A DNA stretch of 64,000 nt from an uncultured Dehalococcoidia bacterium (lineage in GTDB: Bacteria; Chloroflexota; Dehalococcoidia; SM23-28-2; RBG-16-64-32), in NCBI GenBank assembly GCA_964649215.1, contig CAZYOV010000001.1, positions 8,453-72,452 on the forward strand, in the 5' to 3' direction. The position numbers were made by a program, and so were the translations under genes. The notes beneath the pieces are model-generated. The model had not been told where the DNA came from and ran no database searches. It saw only the letters and a list, made by a program, of their open reading frames with translations. Of this stretch, positions 38,444 through 47,906 are shown in pieces. Numbering within the stretch: position 1 is the first letter of the stretch; every line of letters begins with the position of its first letter.

Positions 38444-38489
38444 GGAGCAAGCTAACTGATGAGTCATACCTCAAGAGGGAGCGCTTGCC

Positions 38490-39980
38490 ATGAGTAACGA
38501 CAAGAAGCCAAACATCCTCGTGCTCTGGGGCGACGACATCGGCCTCACTAACCTCAGCTGTTACGGCGATGGCGTCATGGGCTATCGGACGCCGAATATC
38601 GACCGCCTCGCTGAGGAGGGAATACGCTTCACGGACTACTACGGGGAGCAAAGCTGCACCGCAGGCCGCTCGGCGTTCATTACAGGCCAGAGCGTCTTCC
38701 GAACGGGCCTCAGCAAAGTGGGAATGCCAGGTGCCGACTTGGGACTGAGCGCCGAGGACCCGACGATCGCTGAACTCCTCAAACCACTGGGCTACGCAAC
38801 AGGCCAGTTCGGCAAAAACCACCTCGGTGACAAGGACGAGTTCCTACCCAGCAACCACGGATTCGACGAGTTCTTCGGGAACCTCTACCACCTCAACGCC
38901 GAGGAGGAGCCAGAGCTGCCGGACTACCCGACAGAGAAGGACTTTCCGGACTTCCGGAAGAACTTCGGCCCACGAGGAGTCATACGGAGCTACGCCGACG
39001 GCCGGATCGAGGACACGGGACCTCTCACCAAGAAGCGCATGGAGACCTGCGATGACGAGTTCCGAGATGCGGCGCTGGATTTCATCGACCGGAAGACGAG
39101 CGAAGGAACTCCCTGGTTCCTTTGGCTCAACACCACGCACATGCATCTCCGGACTCACCCCAAGCCTGAAAGCGTCGGCCAAGCCGGCCGCTGGCAGTCC
39201 GAGTACCACGACACGATGATAGACCACGACAAAGTCATTGGCGCCCTGCTGGACAAGCTGGATGAGCTGGGCATCGCGGACAACACGATCGTCATGTACA
39301 GCACGGACAACGGGCCGCACGCCAATAGCTGGCCCGACGGCGCGACGACGTCGTTCCGTAGCGAGAAGGATACGAACTGGGAGGGCGCTTTCCGCGTGCC
39401 GGCGATGATCCGCTGGCCGGGACACATCCCGGCCGGCGTGGTCACGAACGACATCGTCAGCGCCATGGACATGCTCCCGACCTTCCTCGCCGCGGCCGGG
39501 GAGCCCGACATTAAGGAGAAGCTCCTCACGGGCCACCAGGCGGGCAGCAAGACGTTCAAGGTCCACCTCGATGGGTACAACATGCTCCCGTTCCTGACGA
39601 AGGAAGGAGAGCGCAGCCCCCGCGTCGAGTTCTTCTACTTCTCGGACGATGGCGACGTGGTCGCGCTCCGTTACGATAACTGGAAGCTCGTCTTCATGGA
39701 GCAGCGCGCGCGAGGCACGCTGGGGTTATGGGCAGAGCCGTTCACGACGCTGCGCCTACCGAAATTATTCAACCTGCGCACTGATCCGTTCGAATTCGCC
39801 GACATCACATCGAATACCTACTGGGACTGGGTGATCGACCACGTATTCCTGATGGTGCCCGCACAGACCCTTGTCGGCGAATTTCTTGCCAGCTTCAAGG
39901 AGTTCCCGCCACGCCAGAAAGCCGCCAGCTTCACGATCGACCAAGTGATGGAAAAGCTGACTCAAGGCATCAGCTCCTAA
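38490..39980 (+). CDS. Arylsulfatase (Cys-type, CTAGR variant)
   Basis: 496 aa with NILVLWGDDIGLTNLSCYG...QSCTAGRSAFITGQ...STDNGPH. Confidence 0.9.
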   Translation: MSNDKKPNILVLWGDDIGLTNLSCYGDGVMGYRTPNIDRLAEEGIRFTDYYGEQSCTAGRSAFITGQSVFRTGLSKVGMPGADLGLSAEDPTIAELLKPLGYATGQFGKNHLGDKDEFLPSNHGFDEFFGNLYHLNAEEEPELPDYPTEKDFPDFRKNFGPRGVIRSYADGRIEDTGPLTKKRMETCDDEFRDAALDFIDRKTSEGTPWFLWLNTTHMHLRTHPKPESVGQAGRWQSEYHDTMIDHDKVIGALLDKLDELGIADNTIVMYSTDNGPHANSWPDGATTSFRSEKDTNWEGAFRVPAMIRWPGHIPAGVVTNDIVSAMDMLPTFLAAAGEPDIKEKLLTGHQAGSKTFKVHLDGYNMLPFLTKEGERSPRVEFFYFSDDGDVVALRYDNWKLVFMEQRARGTLGLWAEPFTTLRLPKLFNLRTDPFEFADITSNTYWDWVIDHVFLMVPAQTLVGEFLASFKEFPPRQKAASFTIDQVMEKLTQGISS

Positions 39981-39996
39981 TAGGAAGCGGGACTGG

Positions 39997-40980
39997 ATGG
40001 AGCAGACCATGGAGGAGGCGCCGTCAAGAGCACCGTATCCCGACATGGTCTGGATCCCAGGCGGCACCTTTCGCATGGGCTCTAATGACCACTACACGGA
40101 GGAGGCCCCCGTCCACAGCGTGGCCGTCGACGGCTTCTGGATGGACCGCACCACGGTGACGAATAGGGACTTTCAGAAGTTCGTGGACGCGACTGGGTAC
40201 GTAACGGTCGCTGAGCGGTCACCAAACCCGGAGGACCATCCCGGCGCGCCAGCTGAGAACCTGGTGGCGGGCTCGCTCGCGTTCAGGAAGACGCCCGGCC
40301 CTGTAGATCTTCGCCACCTGAGCCAGTGGTGGGTCTGGACTCCTGGCGCGAGCTGGCGTCATCCTGAGGGTCCGCAAAGCTCTATCGCTGGTCGGATGGG
40401 TCACCCGGTCGTGCATGTCGCCTGCGATGACGCACAGGCCTACGCGATCTGGACGGGGAAGGCCTTAGCTACCGAAGCGGAGTGGGAGCGCGCCGCCCGA
40501 GGCGGGCTGGAAGGCGCTGAGTTCGTCTGGGGTGATGAGCGGGTACCGGACGGCAAGCCTCCGGCCAACTGGTGGCAGGGCGAGTTTCCCTGGCAGAACA
40601 GCTTGGACGACGGGTTCGAGGGCTCCGCGCCGGTGGGCTCTTTTCCGCCGAACGGGTTCGGCCTCTACGACATGGCCGGCAACGTGTGGGAGTGGACGAG
40701 CGGCTGGTACACGACCCGGCATCCAGAGGACGCCGATGACCCGTGCTGCGTGCCGAGCAATCCGCGAGGGGGAATGGAGGACGAGAGCTACGACCCAGCG
40801 CAACCACAGTTCAAGATTCCCCGGAAGGTGATCAAGGGTGGCTCGTTCCTCTGCGCCGACAACTATTGCCAGCGGTACAGACCGGCGGCGCGGCGCCCGC
40901 AGATGATCGACACCGGCATGAGCCACATCGGCTTTCGATGTATCGTTCGGCCGGACTCGGCAGCCGATGTCTCGCGCTGA
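39997..40980 (+). CDS. Formylglycine-generating enzyme (FGE/SUMF1 family)
   Basis: 327 aa, paralogue of 27127-28113 (MVWIPGGTFRMGS...KGGSFLCADNYCQRYRPAARRPQMIDTGMSHIGFRC). Starts 17 nt after the sulfatase stop. Confidence 0.9.
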   Translation: MEQTMEEAPSRAPYPDMVWIPGGTFRMGSNDHYTEEAPVHSVAVDGFWMDRTTVTNRDFQKFVDATGYVTVAERSPNPEDHPGAPAENLVAGSLAFRKTPGPVDLRHLSQWWVWTPGASWRHPEGPQSSIAGRMGHPVVHVACDDAQAYAIWTGKALATEAEWERAARGGLEGAEFVWGDERVPDGKPPANWWQGEFPWQNSLDDGFEGSAPVGSFPPNGFGLYDMAGNVWEWTSGWYTTRHPEDADDPCCVPSNPRGGMEDESYDPAQPQFKIPRKVIKGGSFLCADNYCQRYRPAARRPQMIDTGMSHIGFRCIVRPDSAADVSR

Positions 40981-41169
40981 CCCGCTCGCTTCTTGTCGCG
41001 AAGGCTCCACGCGCTCGGCGATTCTCAGCTTCCTCGACCGCGCGAATGAAATCCCGGCGGAGCGTCGAGTCGCCGTATTCGATAACGACGGAACGCTGTG
41101 GTCGCCGGACGGCGTCCTTCACTTCGGACGCTAACGTCGTACAATCTGCGAGCCTGTAGGGAGAGCGCA

Positions 41170-41715
41170 ATGAAGTTGACATGGACGATCGCGACCCTCA
41201 TGTTCATTGTGCTCGCCGCCTGTACATCAGAGGGGACGAAGCACCACAATAAGGGTGTCGAGTTGGCGGAACAGGGGCGGTGGGAAGAGGCTATCGTCGA
41301 GTTCGACAAGGCCATAGAACTGGACGGAGATCCCCTGAGCTACATGGCGCGAGGAATCACTTATGGAGCGTTGGATGATTTCGATCGGGCACTTGCCGAT
41401 CTCGATAGGGCCATCGAACTGGATTCCGGATGGGGCGAAGCTTATCGCGAGCGCGGGGCCGCCTATGCGCTAGCGGGCGACACCGAGCAGGCCCGGGCAG
41501 ACCTTCAGATGGCACTGTCTCTTGTCAACGATGACCAGGCGAGGGCCGAGATCAAGGTGTTGATCGAAGCGGTGGGTGGCGAACTGCCGGAAGGTGAGCT
41601 TTCTCCCAAGCGTTGTGCGGAGCTGTCCACCGAGAATCCGGGTGGAATAATCGTCTTCGAAGGCGATCTGACCGTTGAGGAAAAGATTGAGTGCGGGCGC
41701 CTGCTCTCTCAGTGA
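41170..41715 (+). CDS. TPR-repeat lipoprotein
   Basis: MKLTWTIATLMFIVLAAC signal/lipobox followed by three TPR-like repeats (AIVEFDKAIELD..., ALADLDRAIELD...). Confidence 0.7.
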   Translation: MKLTWTIATLMFIVLAACTSEGTKHHNKGVELAEQGRWEEAIVEFDKAIELDGDPLSYMARGITYGALDDFDRALADLDRAIELDSGWGEAYRERGAAYALAGDTEQARADLQMALSLVNDDQARAEIKVLIEAVGGELPEGELSPKRCAELSTENPGGIIVFEGDLTVEEKIECGRLLSQ

Positions 41716-41752
41716 CGGTGTAGAGTGAGCTAGCCCAGCCCGAGGCGACCGA

Positions 41753-42247
41753 TCATCGCGGCCTGCGCGAGCGCTTAGCCTGGCGCGGACGGGCGAGCAC
41801 CTTGAGCGCCGTCTTCAGCCGACTCATCTCGTATCGCCGTTTCTCGGTGATCTTCTTGCGATGACGCCTCGCTGTACTCAGCTCCGACTCCCTGTCACGG
41901 ACGTCCTCGTTGGCTTCGTCGATCTCCTTCTGAAGGCGCTCCATCAGGATGGGAATCGCCCGCTTCAGGCCGTCAAACGGGTCGTCGCAGTCGGCCGCTT
42001 TGGCGCTCGCCGGCGCCTCTTCCCGCGAGCGTCTGTTGCAGACCCAGTCTCGGGGCACGGTCTGCACGCTTTCGGGGTCGTCATCCAACCGCACCTCCGC
42101 CATCTGGCCTTGCCAGGAGACTAGATGGGCGGCCTTCCCCGTCTGCTCGTCGGGCGACGCCACCCATATGGCGTTGCCGGGCCCGACCGTGCCCTCTAGG
42201 CGTGTCTGCCTCACAACCTTAGCCTTACCAGCCATCGCGTTCTCCAC
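41753..42247 (-). CDS. Hypothetical protein with basic coiled-coil C-terminus
   Basis: 164 aa, no family recognised. The alternative ATG at 42235 has a better RBS. Confidence 0.45.
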   Translation of the reverse strand: MENAMAGKAKVVRQTRLEGTVGPGNAIWVASPDEQTGKAAHLVSWQGQMAEVRLDDDPESVQTVPRDWVCNRRSREEAPASAKAADCDDPFDGLKRAIPILMERLQKEIDEANEDVRDRESELSTARRHRKKITEKRRYEMSRLKTALKVLARPRQAKRSRRPR

Positions 42248-42405
42248 CAGAGTGGCGCAGGATCTCGCCTCCGGGCAAGGCCAACCCTACGCGCATACAA
42301 GCTCTACCGCCCTTCCCTAGAGCTAATGTTTGGACCGCCGAGCAGTGGGCCAGTGCCCAGCCACCGCCTCCAAACTTCATCCCACTGCCCGGCGGGAAAG
42401 CTGGG

Positions 42406-42729
42406 TTATTGATGCTCCTCCCTATCCACGGAGCTGTCCCTATCGACCAGTTGCGCCAAGACCCGGCGCAGCGAGTAACCCGTAATAGTGGGATGGAGAA
42501 AGGGGGCATCCAGATTGACGGTGTAGTGATTGCGGCGTCCACTCTTCTTTACGTACACCATGCCCGCCCGCCGGAGGTCTCCTATGGCTCCCCAGACCGA
42601 GCGCCGAGTTAAGTAAAGGGCGTCGGCGATATCGCTGGCGGTGCACTCCGGATTGGCAGCGATGTGGAATAACACGGTGCCGCGACTCGAAGTAATAATC
42701 CACTGTTGGCCATTTCTAGACGTATCCAT
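42406..42729 (-). CDS. Winged-helix (MarR/ArsR-like) DNA-binding protein
   Basis: 107 aa with TVLFHIAANPECTASDIADALYLTRRSVWGAIGDLRRAGMVYVKKSGRRNHYTV. RBS GGAGGA. Confidence 0.6.
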   Translation of the reverse strand: MDTSRNGQQWIITSSRGTVLFHIAANPECTASDIADALYLTRRSVWGAIGDLRRAGMVYVKKSGRRNHYTVNLDAPFLHPTITGYSLRRVLAQLVDRDSSVDREEHQ

Positions 42730-43536
42730 CAGGCTCTCATCCTCCAGGGAGCATCAGCACGGTGACTGCGACGGCCCCGGAGCGCGACCAACGATCGAAA
42801 ATCAGCACCGCCGCTATGCCGCATCGACGTTCCGTTCCTCTTGTGCTCCGCCGACCTGTTTGCTCCGCGCGATGCGGCGCTTGACATGCGGGGAGGCTGC
42901 GGGAGTCCACGAAGGCCTCATGAACAGGGCATGGGTGAAACCGGTTGACAGCGCCTGTCCGCCCGGCGACACCTCGAGAAGCAACAATATGCAGATTGGG
43001 CACAGACACGGTCTGATCATTCGAACCTCACTCCATGGCGGCGATATCTTTTCGCCGAGAACAGGTCCTGACATGTGTCCCCTCCCACGCTTGTCGGATC
43101 GCCTCTCGACGGTCGCGGATGGCAGAAGGCATGAAAGACGATGTGGGGACCGGGTCGGAGTTCTGCTTGCCGTACCCGGTCCCCGGACCGAGGCTGCGCA
43201 GGGGGCAGCGACAGCCTCGACACATCTCGGGGAACGAATATCTTCCCCCGTTGAGATGCCAATATTGGGTGAGACGCCATCCCGCTGGAACGTCGCGGCG
43301 GGTGAGCCGGCGGGGATCTTCCCCTGGTGGCCGAAGCTGGAGTCTGGACGATCGATCAACATAGATGGCCGCTATCTCGTTCGTGAATTTGACTTCGCCT
43401 TCAGACTACGCCGCTGGCTAACCCCTTCCAAGCCCCAGACGATTCAATTCGCCTGGCTCATCTGACCCATCTCCGCCATAGCTCGTTCGCACCACTGAGA
43501 AGCCCGCTGGCATATGAGACGACAGTAATAAGAAGG

Positions 43537-43560
43537 GCGCCCGAAAGCCGATGGGGGCGC
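43537..43560 (-). terminator. Putative intrinsic terminator of the two-component operon
   Basis: Minus strand GCGCCC-N12-GGGCGC followed by CCTTCTTATTACT, about 50 nt after the stop at 43609. Confidence 0.4.
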
Positions 43561-43608
43561 AGGATTCAGTAATATGAGGTGCGGTTGCGGGGAGCGGTTG
43601 GGCCGGCC

Positions 43609-44262
43609 TTAATCTAGAAGCCCGAGCCTGGCCGCGTATGCGGCCGCCCCAGCCCGTCGGGAGAGCCCGAGCTTGCTGAGGATGTGGGCCACATGATTGC
43701 GGGCCGTATGCTCGCTGATGAAGAGCGCCTCCGCTATCTCCTTGTTGGTGTGCCCATCGGCGACGAGTCGCAGGACTTCCTTCTCCCTAACGGAAAGCGG
43801 ATCGTCGGCCTCGGGGTGGGCCGACGATAGCTCCACCAGCTTCTGGAGCACCGGCTCCGTGACCGAGGTGTCGAGCAGGGACTCGCCTCGACCGACGGTA
43901 TGGAGGGCTTCGATGAGACGACCGCGGCCCACGTTCTTGATGAGGTAGCCGGAGGCGCCGGCGAGGAGGGCCGCAAGCACGGTTTCCCGTTCGCTATAGG
44001 AGGAGAACATGAGCACTCGGGTATCGGGTAGAGAGCTCCGAATCTCGCGGCAGGCTTGGACACCACCTGTGTCCTCGCCTTCCCCAAGACGCACGTCCAA
44101 GAGCACGACATCCGGCTTCAGAGCGATTGCCCTCTCTACAGCCTCCTCCGCTCCGCCAGCCTCCCCCACCACTTCAATCGTGTCGTCACCGTCCAGCACG
44201 GCTCGAAGACCAGCTCGAACTACCTCATGGTCATCGACCACCAGCACCCTCAGCGCCATCAC
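43609..44262 (-). CDS. NarL/FixJ-family response regulator (REC plus LuxR HTH)
   Basis: 217 aa with VLVVDDHEVVRAGL...DVVLLDVRL and EKEVLRLVADGHTNKEIAEALFISEHTARNHVAHILSKLG. Confidence 0.9.
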   Translation of the reverse strand: MMALRVLVVDDHEVVRAGLRAVLDGDDTIEVVGEAGGAEEAVERAIALKPDVVLLDVRLGEGEDTGGVQACREIRSSLPDTRVLMFSSYSERETVLAALLAGASGYLIKNVGRGRLIEALHTVGRGESLLDTSVTEPVLQKLVELSSAHPEADDPLSVREKEVLRLVADGHTNKEIAEALFISEHTARNHVAHILSKLGLSRRAGAAAYAARLGLLD

Positions 44263-45536
44263 GCCTCTCCCGTCGGCAGAACCGCCGTTACGCTAGTCCC
44301 CTGGCCCGGAACGCTCTCTACGATCAACTCTCCTCCAATCTCCTCAGCTCGCTGCCGGATGTTGAGCAGTCCCCGGCCAGACCCACCATCGTCAACGAAG
44401 CCGACACCGTCGTCGCACACCTCCAGGCGGACGAGACGGTCATCAAAGACCAGCCGAATGCCGATTCTGGACGCTCCGGCATGGCGGTAGGCGTTCGCCA
44501 GCGCCTCCTGGGCGATGCGGTACATCGCTGTCTTCGTGGCGGCTGGCAGCCCCGGCTCCTCACCAAGCACCGTCAGCCGCACCTCAAGCCCCGAGACCGC
44601 CGTAAATTCGCGCACCTGGCTCTTCAGCGACTCTGCCAGGCTCGCGTCGCCCCTGAGCAGGGGCTTGAGGTCGAATATGTAGTGCCGCACCTCTAGCAGG
44701 GTCTGCTTGGCCAGAGTTACGAGGCGTGCCAGCCGACGACCCAGATCGGGCTCACCTGGCGCCATCTCGGCCGCTGTCTCGAGGTTCAACGACAGCATAT
44801 AGATCGACTGGGCGACGCCGTCGTGGATCTCCCTCGCGAGGCGGCCGCGCTCCTGCTCGGCGACCAGACGCTCGCGCTCCTCCTGAAGCTGGACGCTCTC
44901 TTCCAGCGCCTGTTGCGCGCGCTCTCGCTCCTCGGCCAGCTCTCGGTTTAGCCAGCCGAAGAACTGGACCACGAACGCTACCAGGAACGGTATCGCCACA
45001 AACACCACAAAGTTGTTGAGTTCGTCGCTCAGCCAAGGCCCGTCCACGCCTTCCCCAGCCGTTGCCAGAATGACGACGTAGGCTCCGACAAATCCCAGTG
45101 CCAGCATGAGGTTGCCCCGCAGGCTCAGGATGGACGACGGGACCAGCAGCGCAGAGACCGCATACAGGTAATAGGGACTATCCCATCCTCCACTCTGAAA
45201 GACGATGACGAGAGCGAGGGCGACATCGACCAGACTCAACGCTAGGATGTCACTGACCTGACCGCCCTGGAGTTCGACCAGTGGCCTTAGCGCAGGCCTG
45301 AAAAGCGGCACGTAGAGAGTAACGGCCGCGGTCTGGGCAAACGCCAGGAGCAGAAGCGCGGGCTCGCGCGCGACATTGACCTCCGGCAGGATGTCGAGGA
45401 AGACGATGATGACCGCGACGCCCCATGCAGCCCAGCGAAGCGAAAACAAGAACAGCACGATACGAGTGGGCCGTTCTTGCCGCCACCACCGGCGCAGTGG
45501 CGCTACCGGGGAGGTGGGGGCGCGGTCGCTAGTCAC
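44259..45536 (-). CDS. Membrane sensor histidine kinase (HisKA_3/NarX-DesK type)
   Basis: 425 aa. About 5 N-terminal TM helices, H-box LAREIHDGVAQSIY and an HATPase_c domain. 4-nt overlap with the regulator gene. Confidence 0.85.
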   Translation of the reverse strand: MTSDRAPTSPVAPLRRWWRQERPTRIVLFLFSLRWAAWGVAVIIVFLDILPEVNVAREPALLLLAFAQTAAVTLYVPLFRPALRPLVELQGGQVSDILALSLVDVALALVIVFQSGGWDSPYYLYAVSALLVPSSILSLRGNLMLALGFVGAYVVILATAGEGVDGPWLSDELNNFVVFVAIPFLVAFVVQFFGWLNRELAEERERAQQALEESVQLQEERERLVAEQERGRLAREIHDGVAQSIYMLSLNLETAAEMAPGEPDLGRRLARLVTLAKQTLLEVRHYIFDLKPLLRGDASLAESLKSQVREFTAVSGLEVRLTVLGEEPGLPAATKTAMYRIAQEALANAYRHAGASRIGIRLVFDDRLVRLEVCDDGVGFVDDGGSGRGLLNIRQRAEEIGGELIVESVPGQGTSVTAVLPTGEA

Positions 45537-45631
45537 GAGGTCTTCCGTTGTGGCACCATAACGCTGGCCTAAGCGGGTGTCACGACCAGAACGAGCGGCG
45601 CGTCACTCCCGTGCACGATGCCGTCCCGCTG

Positions 45632-46093
45632 TTAGCTCCTGACTCCTGCAAGAAGCCGCTCCCTGTGCAGGTATTTGAAGGGGAGCCAGCCCTTCAGGCT
45701 TCCACGCTCCCAGAAAACCCTAACCCACTGCTCGCCATTGACCGTCGTCGGGCCTTCGACTATCTGAACCTTGGCGCCGGTCTTGAGTGCGCCCAGGGTC
45801 CACCCACCAGGTCCGGGGGTCTGCGTGACCCTGACGCCGGCCCGAGCATCCACGACCGTCAGTTCCGAGACGGGGTACGCCGACTGAGGTGAATCTCCTC
45901 CGTCTCCTCGCGATACGGCGAGGGCTGCAACGAGCGCTAGCGCGAGTGAGATCGCCAACGCGCCGACCAGGAGTAACGACCCGGAGATCCCTGAACGGAG
46001 GGATTTGGTCCTCAGGAGGGAACCGCCGGCTGGTGAGGGCGATGGGTCAGCACCACCAATTCCATCTGCTCTCGTCCCGGAAACGATCTGCAT
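45632..46093 (-). CDS. Membrane-anchored SH3-like domain protein
   Basis: 153 aa. One TM and a C-terminal SH3b-like segment (LKTGAKVQIVEGPTTVNGEQWVRVFWERGSLKGWLPFKYL). Confidence 0.5.
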   Translation of the reverse strand: MQIVSGTRADGIGGADPSPSPAGGSLLRTKSLRSGISGSLLLVGALAISLALALVAALAVSRGDGGDSPQSAYPVSELTVVDARAGVRVTQTPGPGGWTLGALKTGAKVQIVEGPTTVNGEQWVRVFWERGSLKGWLPFKYLHRERLLAGVRS

Positions 46094-46335
46094 TCTACCC
46101 TCGCGAACCCTGGCGGCTGTTGACCTCGAAGCCGTCTGTCCACCAGGGCTGTCGCGACAACGGCGGCTGCGGCCGGTGTCCCCGCAGGCGGCACTCCCAG
46201 GGCATCACGACACGACGTGTCCAGCGGCCACTCATCAAGTGTGTCAGTTCGCAGATGGTCTGCCACAGGCGAGGATTAGTGATATTCCTACTTATTGTTC
46301 GGTAGCAGAACAGTCGGAGGGCCATTATTAGAGGA

Positions 46336-46356
46336 GGCGACGCGGCCGACGCCGCC
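46336..46356 (-). terminator. Putative terminator hairpin after the DHDPS-like gene
   Basis: Minus strand GGCGGCGU-CGGCC-GCGUCGCC (8 bp including 2 wobbles) followed by UCCUCUAAUAAU. Confidence 0.35.
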
Positions 46357-46395
46357 CCCTTTGAGCTCAAACCGAGCGTCTGCTTGCTTTTGTCC

Positions 46396-47448
46396 CTAAA
46401 CTCCGATGGGGCTTGTTGCCACACCTCCACGCTGCTGCAGCGGATATGGCTTCAAGTCGGATTTCGACCTCGGAGCTGTCCCTGCTTCCAGCATCTTGAC
46501 GCGTTCCCTCAGCCAGGACTCTTCCTCTGGGGTCATGTTGAGCAACGGCGTCCTCACCCGGTGACTGCTGATCACGCCCTTTAGCTCAAACCAATACTTC
46601 CAGAAGGCTACGACGTAGACACCCTGGCGGTAGTTGTGCCAGAAAAAATCGTTCAGCAGCTGCCGTCCTGGCTCCATCTCGTTGTATTTGGCCAGGCCCT
46701 CTTCCCACTTGCCGGCCATGATCAAATCAGTGTAATCGCGAAGCGGGGTGTAGCTCGGCGTCTGCAGAAGCCAGTTGTGCCAGGCGCAGCACAGGGTCGG
46801 ATTCTTCATGATCCGCATCTCGTAGGGCCAGTGATCTTCCAGCGGATTGCTGACCCAAATTTCGTAGTTGGCTTCCCGCTCGGCTTCCCAACACCACATC
46901 TGGTCGGGCCGCCCATCTTTCACCCCGCAAATGTTGGGGATCTCACGCGAAAGCCGGCCAAGGGTCTGCGCCGTTACGAGTTTAGATAGGGGGCTGTCGT
47001 AAAAGACCGCGCCGATGTCGAAATGATCGCACACGTGGTGCCACCATTCTTCAACAGACTGTTCGGTGGAGGCCTGGAAGTAGGGTGAGAGGATCGCCAC
47101 CAGATCGGCCCCCTTCTCTTCAGCGTGCCGACAGAGATCGATCACGTCGGCCGCACAATGGTGCGCAGTCTGAACGATCACTTCGATCTCCCCCTGGGCC
47201 TCGTCGATCACTATCTCAGCGACCTTCTTGCGCTCATCCTGGGTGAGTGAATAGAACTCGCCAACATTCCCTAAGATGAAAATCGCATCGTTTTTCGTGT
47301 CAATCACATACCTGACTTCAGCTCTCAAGTCCTTCTCATGGATCTGCAGGTCATCGTCGAAGGGTGTCGGAATGGTGGCAACCAGACCGCCATGGCCGAG
47401 CGTATCCAGCGACCATTTCTTTGCTTCTTTCTTGCCTCCGTACTTCAT
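46396..47448 (-). CDS. Dihydrodipicolinate synthase/N-acetylneuraminate lyase family aldolase
   Basis: ATG at 47448 after GGGAGGAGAAAC. DapA-family pattern (VATIPTPFDDD...FILGNVGEFYSLTQDERKKV...ADLVAILSPYF). Confidence 0.7.
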   Translation of the reverse strand: MKYGGKKEAKKWSLDTLGHGGLVATIPTPFDDDLQIHEKDLRAEVRYVIDTKNDAIFILGNVGEFYSLTQDERKKVAEIVIDEAQGEIEVIVQTAHHCAADVIDLCRHAEEKGADLVAILSPYFQASTEQSVEEWWHHVCDHFDIGAVFYDSPLSKLVTAQTLGRLSREIPNICGVKDGRPDQMWCWEAEREANYEIWVSNPLEDHWPYEMRIMKNPTLCCAWHNWLLQTPSYTPLRDYTDLIMAGKWEEGLAKYNEMEPGRQLLNDFFWHNYRQGVYVVAFWKYWFELKGVISSHRVRTPLLNMTPEEESWLRERVKMLEAGTAPRSKSDLKPYPLQQRGGVATSPIGV

Positions 47449-47592
47449 GTTTCTCCTCCCTTTCGCTAAGTCAGTCCCGTCGGCTCTTCGTTGGTACTCC
47501 ACGGTCATCTTCCGCCGGTCGTGTGCGGACGCCGAGGCTGCACTGTGGACTAATCCTCTGCTGCGATCTCCTCCTCCTTAGAGCCCGCCAAG

Positions 47593-47739
47593 TCATCCCT
47601 CGTCAGGGTCCGTTTCGCGTCGCTGCTGAAGCCGCTCGCGTATGACCCGAATGGTCTCGCTGCCGCGTTGCGGGGCGGCCGGCGAGCCAAGACTTGCGCC
47701 CAACGCCATGCCAAGCATCAGACCAATGACGAACCGCAT
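47593..47739 (-). CDS. YtxH-like small membrane protein (48 aa, not in ORF track)
   Basis: AGGAGGCAGATT-ATG gives MRFVIGLMLGMALGASLGSPAAPQRGSETIRVIRERLQQRRETDPDEG*. The plus-strand track ORF 47642-47866 is its antisense shadow. Confidence 0.55.
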   Translation of the reverse strand: MRFVIGLMLGMALGASLGSPAAPQRGSETIRVIRERLQQRRETDPDEG

Positions 47740-47787
47740 AATCTGCCTCCTAGCTGCACCCCATCGTTCACGGCGGGAGCCAGATAG

Positions 47788-47855
47788 AGTATCTCAGGCC
47801 GCGACGGCCCCGCGCATTGCAGAAACTAGGTACGTTCGTAACGATTTCTCGTTAC
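47788..47855 (-). promoter_or_regulatory. Conserved bipartite upstream element, copy K (closest to consensus)
   Basis: Minus strand GTAACGAGAAATCGTTACGAACGTACCTAGTTTCTGCAATGCG-N19-GATACT. Lies 49 nt upstream of the ATG at 47739. Confidence 0.7.
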
Positions 47856-47906
47856 CTCTCATGTAGCGGAGTAGGGTGAGAAACGATAGAGCTCGGTGGC
47901 CGCGTG

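Larger units (their letters stand above)
47578..47855. repeat. ~280-bp duplicated module (small YtxH-like gene plus element copy K); partner at 36786-37066
   Basis: See the 36786-37066 entry. Confidence 0.8.

Noticed and set aside
43019-43035. tRNA T-loop-like GGTTCGAAT on the minus strand
   Set aside because: The flanking sequence cannot form T-stem, acceptor or anticodon arms, so no cloverleaf is possible.
42641-43465. 274-aa plus-strand ORF
   Set aside because: Its 5' third is antisense to the wHTH gene, its middle part has low third-position GC, and it has no motif or RBS. It is kept only as part of the gene-poor-patch finding.
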